The position numbers and the translations under genes were made by a program. The notes under the pieces are model-generated. The model did not search any database. It was not told the origin of the DNA and was given only the letters and a program-made list of their open reading frames with translations. Below, one piece after another: positions 14,717-25,790 of a stretch of 64,000 bases of DNA. The DNA is from Octopus bimaculoides. Lineage: Eukaryota. The stretch spans positions 103,396,183 through 103,460,182 of the forward strand of contig NC_068985.1 in NCBI RefSeq assembly GCF_001194135.2, read 5' to 3'. The stretch's first letter is position 1; the number at the start of each line of letters is the position of its first letter.

Positions 14717-15507
14717 AAGTTTGTCATGCTGTAAAATAGTTTTAACAATTAAAAGCATTTCAAACAATTGAAATTTGCTCAACCTGTGCTGTATTCATTT
14801 ATAAATATAAAATTGCAGGATGATGAAGAAAAATAGTAAAAGATAAACCATTAATTGCAGAGGATATTTTTGCATAAGTTTCTTCATTACTAAAAGATAA
14901 TAAATTTTAAAAGTTCTAAGTTACTTTCTTTGAGCATTCATATATGTTCAATGCGCTAATTTCTCAGCTATAAACCTTTAAATCAGCTTAGAGTTAGACA
15001 AAGTATAATTGACAAGTTCTCAAATCCTTCATATAACTTTGGTCGCAATTGATGTTCAGTATATTTAGACACTAAAATTTTCTTCATATCCACTGGGCAC
15101 ACTAGCCAATAAAAAGGTGACTTGAAATCAAATCAGTAAGCAAAAATTAATTAATGTAGGGAAAGTTAAATTCAAATTACGACAAACGTAAACAAACAAA
15201 GTTTGCTTTTAGAAGCGTTGAAATGTCTTAGAAAGTTAAAGAAGTGATTTTTAAATTCTCACTTGCAGGATAATGCTAATAATATAGCTTGAACAGGATA
15301 AGCTACCCCTATTTTGCAGAAAAAAGTGTAGGTGGTTAACTGTAGGGAAATTTGTATTTTAAAGTATTCAATACTTTAAGTTTGTCATGCTGTAAAATAG
15401 TTTTAACAATTAAAAGCATTTCAAACAATTGAAATTTGCTCAACCTGTGCTGTATTCATTTATAAATATAAAATTGCAGGATGATGAAGAAAAATAGTAA
15501 AAGATAA
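14717..15507. repeat. 130-bp exact direct repeats (14717-14846 and 15378-15507)
   Basis: aagtttgtcatgctgtaaaatag...aaatagtaaaagataa occurs twice, 661 bp apart. Confidence 0.95.
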
Positions 15508-16035
15508 TAAATGCAAGTAATTTTTTAATCTAACTCAACTAAGCAACACATTTTTTATTCTTTCAAAATCTGTTTCTGTACAACACTTAATTATAAAATT
15601 TGTCCGAATAATGAAACTTAATGCAAAGTATACTTAGATAAACAGTTTCTAATTCTGTATAGGATGGAGTATTTTGGTTTGATAGCATACAAATGATATA
15701 TTTTTTATTCCCACTTGTAAGGTTTATACTCCTCCCTTATTTATCCGAAGTATTATGTCACTGAAAAAAATCCTTTGTGCATAAAATCAGGAAAGTCAGC
15801 ATATTAAAAAACTGTGCATTCTTTCTTGTTCTTCTTTTTTCCTTCTGAGTTTGGTTTCATTTTAATTAATAACTAAGTACTTGTTAGTCTGAGTTGTACT
15901 AATAATTTTCATTAAGTTTATAAGTTTCTTGTGCAAAAAAAAATACATGTTAGTTCCTTATGCTAACAACTAAGTCATTGTAAAATAACTGTGTCTGTTA
16001 GTCAAATGTACACTGGTGACTGCTATCATTTTCAG

Positions 16036-16080
16036 GCCCTGACAATGACAATGATGGTACCGATGATTCTGATAATAGCC
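16036..16080 (+). CDS. Internal 45-nt coding exon (phase 1-1) of the type I membrane protein; acidic stalk (x)PDNDNDGTDDSDNS
   Basis: tcattttcag acceptor, gtaagc donor; open and in frame with the TM exon. Confidence 0.7.
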
Positions 16081-17649
16081 GTAAGCTGACTTCTTAAATA
16101 ATCTTGTTATCATTTAAGTTTTCTTTTTCTTTCAAATATGTCCTTTTGTATTTGTGTTTATTAATTGTTAATTATTTCTTAATTTGCTTGGCAATTCATT
16201 CTCCTTTTTTCCTCCCTCATTTATTTATTTTATAAACCTTAAGCTCTCAATGCATAAATGGCAGGACCTTATGGTTTGGCTAAAACTGTTAGATATTTTG
16301 CTTAATTAATTTCAAAATAAACACTCTTTGTAACCAATCTTCTTGATTTCAATTTTGAGTTTTGACATACATTTAAGAAATGAAGGATCCTGAAGCATCT
16401 ATGTTTATTTTTATTTATTTTTAAATTTGGTTAAATTATCTTAGAAATATTATATTCATTTTAACCAGTAGAGTTGCTAGTAGTGTGTATTTGTAACTTC
16501 AATCCTGGCTTACAAAAGTGTCCTGTAAGTAAAAGCCAGGTACTTAAAAATAATTAGAGAATGGAGCAATTAAATAAAGTGGAAATGAAAACAAAAAATA
16601 TTAATTCTTTCCATGCTGCTGCTATCTCTTCTTAGGGCCAAAGAATTATTGTAAAATTGCCAGAATAGATACTTTTCAATATCAGGTTCAGTATTTCATT
16701 TGATGAGACTTCTCTTTATATATATCCATATATAAATGTGTGTGTGTGTGGCGAGAAGCTCGCTTCCTAACCTTATCGTCCTTGGTTGAGTTTCATTATG
16801 TGGCACCTTGGGCACATAAGACTTTTCTTAAATTTGGGCAGTTATTCAAGTAGAAAGTTTTGGACTTGGCATTTAAAGCTTTAGTTTATTAGAGATCTTT
16901 TACTAATTTTTGTTAGGGATTTCTTACTAACTTTTGAAGAATCCTAAAGGCAGTTCTTATTCAATCAAGAACCACACATGACTTTTAAAAAGTTGCATTC
17001 AAACTACTTTGAATTAATGTAATACTTTTAAAAGCTAAACTCATTTGTTCTATAAGCTATCAACTCTTGTTTTGTTACCCATTTAGTTTAGTTTATGCTG
17101 CCGCAGTTTTTCATTATCATCATTCAATACACATGTATGTGTATACAGATGCACATATTTCCATACGAAGTATCATAATACAGTTTTCAGTTATACTAAC
17201 TATAAAAAATTACATATTCTGCAAGAACTTCATTTCGAAGGGTGTTACAAATTTTTGTCAGCTTTTCAAAAAATGTTTTTTTTAGAGAAGAATGCAGAAG
17301 TTATGATTTCTTTACTTCTGCTGTAAGTTTACTTTGCTCAGCATGTATAATAATATTAATTGTTTATGAAATGTTTGGATGTAATAAACAAATAATCTAA
17401 GTCAACTTCTTTAAGTTTAACAAAATGCTAAGATGATGTTTAACCTAAGGTCAATTGAACAGACATTCCAACCATGACCATCGTTTTTAGGAGTGTGTAG
17501 GACTACATTATCTCATGCTTTTTTTTCTTTATTTGGGACAGTAGGGTGAAATATGTGGGAGATTTGACTGTTAATTATAGCAGTTCAAGCAGCCATGTAA
17601 TGGTTCCTTTGGTGACTTAAAATGCATGGTAAGGTAAAAAATAGACATT

Positions 17650-18230
17650 TTGCTACTTTTAACCATCAGTAATACAGTTGGTTTGGACAAGGTGGAAGAA
17701 CAACAATGTCAATATGAAGAATTTACATGAGTTTAACAAGAAATGGATTAATACATGTGCCTAATTATCCAAAATGGAGTGACACAATGAAATTGCCACT
17801 ACAATAATTGAAGAACAGAAATATTAGATTAAATTATTGATGTTGGAATTCAAAAAATTGCTCAGTTTGTAGTAAAATTGAAAGACATATCTAATACCAA
17901 GATATATTAAAGAATGTAGAAACTTTTCTGATTTAATAATGTCATTGATGCATTGAAATATAGGAAGCTCTTGACTGATCAGCTTCTTAACATCAATATG
18001 CAAGAATGCCACCTTCACTACTGAAAGATGCACAATTTCTGGAGGAGAAGTAAAAAGATTCTGAGATGAAAGACACAGATATAAAGATCATTTACTAATC
18101 AGAGAAGTCCTAGTGGGAGATGCAAAGTTATTTACTTGGACAATACAGATGCTATTTATCAATAAAGAAATCATCAAACGCTACAAGTCTATCTCAGTGT
18201 CCACTTTCATTGCTGTTTAACTATAGATCA
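17650..18230 (+). mobile_element. Possible highly decayed LINE ORF2 (endonuclease-region) relic
   Basis: Broken frames with weak DVGIQ and LVGDAK-like words; many stops. Confidence 0.25.
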
Positions 18231-18954
18231 GAGTTTAAGACCTCATTATTGAATGTGTCCTCTCCCCTCCTATTTATTTTATTAAGAAAGTGAAGTGTGA
18301 TTCTAGGTCAGTGTGACCACTATTTCTTGCAAGTTAAGAAACAATGTATTTGCTTACCAGTATTGTAATGAAATTAATTTACTTTCTTACCCACTATGCT
18401 CTTAATTTCATTATTGGATTTTCTAGCAGTTAGGGTACAGTATGGTATACTCTTATAAACCCCATGAAATACTTTTAACTATATATTAGGTCATTTTTTG
18501 ATGAATGTCCAAATTTAATCAGGTAGAATTTTTAATGCAAGACAATGAAATCATAAAAATAGATAAAACAGGGTATCTAATCTGGCATTCTATTTGCAAT
18601 ACATACATCACATTTTGTTTACTCTATACTACACACAAGATTTGACACCTACATAACAGTCATCTGACTATTATTAAGAAAACAAGAGTTCCTACCATTT
18701 GTGCAAACATTCCTTTGTGCTTGTTGACTGTGCAGAAATTGTAATTACAGTTTTGCCTTCTCATATTTTCGAATGTTTGATTATGCAGTGTTTTGCAGGA
18801 GCCTTCCTCTTCCTTCTTTGATGTTTTTTGTTTCCTTTGCAGATAATTGATTTGGCTTCTGGTGTTAACACATCTTTTCTTTGCCCAAGTTCTGCTTATT
18901 CTATTTTAAATTCAGCTTATCTTTTAATGTAATGTTTTGTTTCAGTCTTCATAA

Positions 18955-18957
18955 TTA

Positions 18958-19004
<47 letters not shown>

Positions 19005-19062
19005 GTTATTGTTGTTGTTGTTGTTTTTGTTGTTGTTGTTGTTGTTGCTGCTGCTGTCCTTC
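18955..19062. repeat. (TTA)n/(TTG)n/(CTG)n trinucleotide microsatellite
   Basis: Direct reading of the sequence. Confidence 0.95.
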
Positions 19063-19689
19063 ATTTAAGCTGGTGATTTTCAATTTTGTGTTAAATTTTC
19101 ATTATATTCTGTTCTAACTGTTGTACTTTTTGTTTGTGTTATTATTATTGTTGTTGCGGTGTTTACTGTAATTCTGTGACACTTTCATCATTTAATTGAA
19201 AATATAACGTACCCCATTTTGGGACTGTTTCACCTACACTGTTAATGGCCACAGAAAAGGCATGAATGTCTCACCATCTACATAAATCATTACTGTAACT
19301 GTCAATGTTTTTGTTGGTATTTTGTGTGTCAGATGTTCCTCTGTTTATAATTATAATTAGTATCGTCTTTGTTGTTGTTTTGATGTTTTTTTCCATTTTT
19401 ATTATTTAAAAAATCATTACTAGTATTAGAAAGAAATCACCTATCATACTTGTATTTATGCATTTCATCCTTGTATTGTTCTCAACATCCTGGTCTCTTG
19501 TGACCATTAAAAGAAACTATTATTATCATCATTATTTTGTCATTCCAAAGCTATTACATGCTAAGTTAATTAGAATTTGGATGTTATCTTGAGGTTTAAT
19601 CACAAATCCCAGATTTCAAGGATCTTTCTTAGGATTTTTGCAGAGAACAGGATTGCACTTTTCTCCTTTTCTTTATTATTATTACTTTA

Positions 19690-19731
<42 letters not shown>

Positions 19732-20084
19732 CTTGACTCAAGTTTGTTCTTATTCCTGGTAGAATTTATGTAGGTACCTTTAATCTTAGATATTCACAAG
19801 CTTTCTATAATTTTTCAAGTGCTCATAGCCCTTCAGATAATCTTCCTGTCCCTTTGAGGCAAACATTTTGTAGAAGCTCTGCAAAACATTCTATACCAAT
19901 CTCCTTTCTGTGCTATGTAAATATTTTATCTAATTTCTCTTCCTTCCCTCCCTTTTTATTTTTTCCTATTATGTAAGACCCCCACATAAATTGTAACTTG
20001 TCCGTCTATTGTCCCTCTCATCAGGTGCCTCTGTGGCAAATATATAAAGTCATCATCATCACCATCATTACTGTTATTATTAAG

Positions 20085-20260
20085 GTTGTGAGCTGGCAGA
20101 ATTGTTAGCAATTCAGGTGAGTTCAAATTCCGCCAAGGTCAACTTAGCCTTTCATCCTTTGGAGTCAATGTAATAAGTTACACTCTGGGGTTGATGTACT
20201 CAACTTATCCCCTCCCCCAAAATTTCAGGCCTTGTGCCTATAGTAGAAAGGATTATAATT
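20085..20260 (+). mobile_element. tRNA-derived SINE, most abundant family in the window; further copies or fragments near 5330-5490(+), 8190-8400(-), 22895-23090(+), 27772-27917(+), 33480-33685(+), 34200-34490(+), 34780-35190(+), 42615-42800(-), 43195-44040(+, several), 62500-62685(-)
   Basis: Recurrent core gagttcaaattcc(a/g)ccgaggtc(a/g)actttgcctttcatcctt...ggggt(c/t)gataaa..aagtacc and tail ggccttgtgcc. Confidence 0.85.
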
Positions 20261-20264
20261 ATTA

Positions 20265-20295
<31 letters not shown>

Positions 20296-21225
20296 GCTAT
20301 TTTTTGTGTTCTTGAAGATCAGTGAATTTTCTGCTGGTGACTTTGTAACCATTTCAAATTAGAACTGTTATTGTCATAATTGTTTCATGTTTCCCAATAT
20401 TGTTTCATTTCTGAAATCCTGATTGCAAATGACAGCTGGACATTTGCTAATTAATAACTTTTTTACTATTATTTCCTTTTGTGTATTTGTCTCAGTGTCT
20501 GTGTGATTATGATGGGTTATTTGATTTATCATATGTTATTATTTATAAGTAACTATCAAAATTTTCTTTGTTCCAGCACACTAGAGAAGGTTGTCTTTAT
20601 CATACAAGATAGTAGAGTCTGTTTATCTGTGTATATTTATCTGTGTGCATGCATGCATGCATACCAGAGAAGAGACTGGAAATATGGTCAAAGCTATTTA
20701 TTTCTAGTTCATGATTATATTATTATGAATAGAGTAATTTGCGTATGACTTTGTGTTTTAATGTTTTTTATCTGCACTAGATAGTTTAGATAGAAAATTG
20801 AAATATGTGTCTCTTCTTGTTGAATGTGTTCAGTTATTAATTTCAAGAGAGAAGGTAGTGTACAGAAGAGGTGGATTTGTGCAGGAAGCCTTCACCCTTT
20901 TCTCTATCCAAGAGTTTTTAACCCATTATATTACATGCTATTATCTATAGTTGTATCCACTTTGAGACTCACACTTAAAATGATTTAGTGTTCATATTCT
21001 TTGTTTGTATCATTCTAAATTCACTGAGACTGGTTTAAAGTTGTTTAAAGATTAGTTCAAATAGGTTTTTAAATTTTATAGATTAGAGTCAAAGGCTTGT
21101 AATTACAAAATTCTCATTTTGGATAAAAGAAATAAAAGCCAGAAAGTAAAGAAAGTCATAATTTCTTTTAACAAAATAATTCATTTTCTGTCTTCCATAT
21201 ATTTTTATTTTTATTCTAGTTTCAG

Positions 21226-21351
21226 CATTACCAGTGCCAGCCATTGGTGGCATTGTTGGTGGCTTGGCTTTCCTACTTATTGCTGTCATTCTCGCCATTA
21301 TAGCTGTCATCATAAGCAAGAGAAAACAGAAAAAAAAAGCCAAAAAATATG
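21226..21351 (+). CDS. 126-nt transmembrane exon (phase 1-1): PLPVPAIGGIVGGLAFLLIAVILAIIAVIISKRKQKKKAKKY
   Basis: Pyrimidine tract plus ttcag acceptor, g|gtaaga donor; hydrophobic helix followed by a basic stop-transfer cluster. Confidence 0.9.
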
Positions 21352-21760
21352 GTAAGATATTTGCCCAGTATTGTGTGCTGCAAGAAATCTTACAAGTTTA
21401 AAATAAATATTATGAGAACTATTTGTAAGAAAAAAACAATTTAAAATTCAAGTTGTCTTACAAACTCTGCATTATATGTAAATATATGTGCACATGAGGT
21501 CTGTCTGTGTGTATGTGTATGTTCATTCATAGATGTGCTCAAACATTGATATTTCATTTTCTGATTATGATAATCCATTACAAATTGTGTTTACAAATAA
21601 CTATATGTGCACACGATAAATGCCCTTAGGATTTAAATTTATACCTGTCATACAGGTATAAATAATAGTTTGTACACTTATTTACATCAGATTCTACATA
21701 TTTTCATTACAAAAATAGCAATTAAACTTACAAGCAAACATACTATACACTCTTGCAAAG

Positions 21761-21789
<29 letters not shown>

Positions 21790-21791
<2 letters not shown>

Positions 21792-22520
21792 GGAGAAGAA
21801 AATGGATATAATAGCAATGGGAAACTCATGGTTTTTGCTGGTATGTCTTTAATTAAATAGATAACGAAGGAGGAAGAAGCAGAGATGAGGGTAGCATTAA
21901 CGATCATTTCAATTTACTGGTTTAAGTAAATCTCTTCAGAATGCGAATATAGATAGATGCAGCGGTTGGGATGCGAAAATAATTGATACATATGTGATGG
22001 TAATGTAAACAAATTGGTAATTCTTGCATTAAATTTTTGTTTTTGCGCTGGTAAATTCACTGGGTAGAGGTTTGTTTGTGGTAAATTGGTCAGTTTTGTT
22101 GGGTAATTAGGGCAGGGTGAGTAATATTTAGGTGCGGGTTTCCTAATTTAATTAAGCACATTTTTTCGCACATGTGTTTCTTCTATATAACCTAAACTCC
22201 AGTTTACCAACCAAACCACTAGTGTACAACCTTACAAAAGGCTGTTCCTATCCAGCTAATAGTCTAGGAGCAACTCTGGATTTAATTATCCCATAGAGGT
22301 ATTAAACCCCTCTAACTGATACCTGCACAACATATATATATATATATCTATATGATTGAAATTTACAGAAAGACAAAAGACAAAGACAGGTGTATAAATA
22401 ACAAACAGGTGTATTAGTTTGACACTCAGGAAGGTGAGAAAGACTTCTACATTTCAAGCCTACGATTTTCAACAGAATGGAACACAAGGAAATAAACAGA
22501 GAGAATTTTAAAAAACTTGT
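21790..22520 (-). mobile_element. Probable Penelope-like element fragments, with a decayed hammerhead-like motif at ~22445-22480
   Basis: The reverse strand has ctgttgaaaatcgtaggcttgaaatgtagaag; the stretch near 22100 resembles 44725-44750 in opposite orientation. No intact ORF. Confidence 0.35.
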
Positions 22521-24017
22521 AGATTTAGTGGAAATGACATGAAATCAGAGTGTCATTGCCAAGTCTAATGTCTCAGAAGTGCTCCGTGAACCAGTCAGTT
22601 AAGCAGCGTCCCATTTGACTGATGTACAGAGAAGGGCAGAAAGAGCAGGAGATGCAGTAAATGACATTGCTAGAAGTGCAGGTAAAGGAGTCTGTGATAT
22701 GATAGGGACGATGATGGGTGCCTGTGAGGATGATGGCGTTGGAGGGGTAGGGGCATGGGCAGGAGCAGGGGAACAAGCCAGGTTTGAGGTGGGGTTAAGG
22801 AAGAAACTGTGGACCAGTTGAGAAGGGAAATAAGAAATCAGTTTAGTGACTTAAATCAAACTTCACCATTATTATTTTTAAAATAATTTAAGGCGGTAAA
22901 CTGGCAGAACTGTTAGTATGCCAGACAAAACATTTAATGGCATTTCAGCCTTCTTTATGCTCTAAGTTCAAATTCTGCCAAGGTCAGCTTTGCCTTTCAT
23001 CTTTACCTGGTTGATAAAATAAGTACCAATCAAGTACTGGGATTTATGTAATTGATGTAAAACCCTTAGCCTTGTGCCAACATTCTCTAAGGAGTTTGAA
23101 ACAGTTACTGCTTGTTTGATTGCTGCTTTGTTTTTGTAATCAGATACCTCAATCGATGGGGAATTCAGTCTGTTAATTGGGAGAGATTCTATAAGATTCA
23201 CATAAACAGCAATGAAACACTTGTCAATTTTCCAGTGGTACTGTAACAGTTCTATTTTCAGCAAAGTTGACTGGTCTTGTGATGGTGAAATGCTATGCTA
23301 CGGCACATTACTGTTGAATTATGAATACCAACATATACTTGCATGCAACCAGGTTCACTGGTTTTTACACATGTTCATCTAACATCTCTACCTATATACA
23401 CCTACCCAAGTTTAGTTTCGTGGGTTCAAGATTTGAAATATATCACAGGTAGTATTTCATGATTATTTTATCTCTACTATCACACACAAACTATTTCAGT
23501 CCAAGTATTTTGTAAAATATTCTTGTAAATATGTATCCTTTCAGCCAAATTCATGTTATCCTTTACTAATTTTGGTGCTTTACTGTCTTCCTCTTTCAAA
23601 CTGCAAGATGTGTTATTTAACCAGTAATTTCAGTATAAGTTTCACTTGAATTCTGACATTTTATATTATGTATTTTTACTGTGTATATTTCTCTTTCCCT
23701 ACTTCATGTAAGACAGTATTCAGGTACAAATATTTTTCTTACACATTTTATCTTTTCTTCATTTTTCTCGTACACATATCTTCAAAAGCTTCTTTCATAA
23801 CATGATATGACACTCAGTAACCTACTCATCCTGAAACTTTGTTGTTGGAAATAAAATGTAAATTTGTCAAAAGCCCTATAAGAATCTCATGCGCTAGAAC
23901 CTTGCTCTGATTTCAGGACTTTAAGCCAATAAACAATAATTATTGCAAGTCCCTATTCATAAAACCAAGGTGAATTGATGCAGGCAGGCAGAATTAAATA
24001 TTCTGTTCAATATTCTG

Positions 24018-24179
24018 TTTAGGTATGTCTCAGATTTTAAGATTAGTAGGATGCTGACTAAGATTAAGTATGTCTACCAAAATGCCTGCAACAGATTTGA
24101 ACATATCAGACACATTTTGGTAGTCTTACTTAATCTTAGTCAGCATCCTACTAATCTTAAAATCTGAGACATACCTAAA
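24018..24179. repeat. Intronic hairpin: 67-bp inverted arms (24018-24084 / 24113-24179), 2 mismatches, 28-nt loop
   Basis: tttaggtatgtctcagattttaagattagtaggatgctgactaag... is mirrored by ...cttagtcagcatcctactaatcttaaaatctgagacatacctaaa. Confidence 0.95.
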
Positions 24180-24396
24180 TTAACTCAACCATGACAGTAA
24201 CGTGCATTTATTCTAATCACTTTAAAATTATTATGGTCTTAAATGCATACACATTGTCCGTCTTCCTTTGAATTACAAAATATCAGCACTCTCCTTCTTT
24301 CTTAGATAACCAAATAAAATTTTAGATAATTCTTAACCCACTGTCTCTGATTTACTCAATGATATGCTCACTCGCAGCTCTCATTTTGTATTGCAG

Positions 24397-24442
24397 GAAA
24401 TGTGAAATACTTTGAGCCGGACCAAGTAGACTCTTCTAGGAA
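24397..24442 (+). CDS. 46-nt juxtamembrane cytoplasmic exon (phase 1-2): GNVKYFEPDQVDSSR
   Basis: ttttgtattgcag acceptor, gtaagt donor; bridges the TM exon frame to the terminal exon frame. Confidence 0.82.
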
Positions 24443-25399
24443 GTAAGTTTTTTATATTTTTTAATTGTTAGCATTGATGACATATTTTTCTACTTCATTT
24501 CAAATTGTTGGTTTTTATATATCGTGAGAATAATTAGTTTTTATGCTTAGACTAGTAGTCAACCATAAAACTCAAGTGAAAAGATCGTTAATATTACTGA
24601 AAATATCTAATCTAGTAAAAATTGAATTTAAAAGACTAGTTATCTCGCACTTTAAATTTATGGTTCTTGTGCGACGTATTTAATTTAGGTATTTATTTCA
24701 ACTATTTTTCTCTTCATATTGCTTTCTAATTGCTTGTCATTATTAATAATTAGGATTATAGTGTATGCTCTGTATATCTTCATTCACTTGAAATTACATT
24801 AATCTAATAACTTGAATCATTTTTAAAAGTTTAGAATTAAATCCTTATGATAAAATAGATGCTTGAGTTTCACTGGGATTAATATTCATTTTATTATTAT
24901 TTTCATTTTTAATATGATTTATAATACCAGTGATATTATACTGATAACAAGCCAGATTTTAAAAGTGATATAATAATGAAATAAAAACCATTTTATTTCA
25001 TTTTATGCTGAAATGAAGTAGAATTTTGTGCCTTTTGGTATGGGTTTATTAAAAACTTTTGGCTGACTTGTTTGTGGTATTTATATTCCATCTTTTGTAC
25101 AGCTGAATTGTTAAAGTATATGCACATACACATTAATTGAAACCATCATTGGATTTATATATAATTTTTGTAGAAAACTATTTAGGAATTTGATATTACT
25201 GATGAGGCTGACCTAAACTCAAAGCATCCAAACCATGAACACTCTTCTTATTTTCAGATTATGTATCTATAAGTACATTATCCAATAATTTTTGTTTTTC
25301 ATCTTGAAGATGCTAGGTAGGAGAATGTTGGTGACAAGAAATGAAAATATGTGTATGATGTAGGTTAGGAGGAAGTTTTTAATAATAATAATAATCATT

Positions 25400-25790
25400 A
25401 TCATCATCATCGTTTAACGTCCGCTTTCCATGCTAGCGTGGGTTGGATGATTTGACTGAGGACTGGTGAACCAGATGGCTACACCAGGCTCCAATCTGAT
25501 TTGGCAGAGTTTCTACAGCTGGATGCCCTTCCTAACGCCAACCACTCCGAGAGTGTGCCACCGGCACGAAGGCTAGTCCAGCGGTACTGGCAATGGCCAC
25601 GCTCAAAATGGTGTATTTTACGTGCCACACGCACAAGAGCCAGTCCAGTGGCACTGGCAACGGTCTCGCTTGAAAGTCCTTACACATGCCACAGGCACAA
25701 GTGCCGGAAAGGCGACGCTGGGCACAGGTGCCATCACGATTTCACTTTCGCTTGCCCCAACAGGTCTTCGCAAGCCGAAATAATAATAAT
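25400..25790 (-). mobile_element. SINE of the same family as 14200-14510, opposite orientation
   Basis: catcatcgtttaacgtccgctttccatgc...ttggcagagtttctacagctggatgcccttcctaacgcc. Confidence 0.85.

Noticed and set aside
22573-22821. GC-rich ORFs on both strands inside the intron
   Set aside because: No recognisable domain or splice sites; adjacent to repeat fragments.
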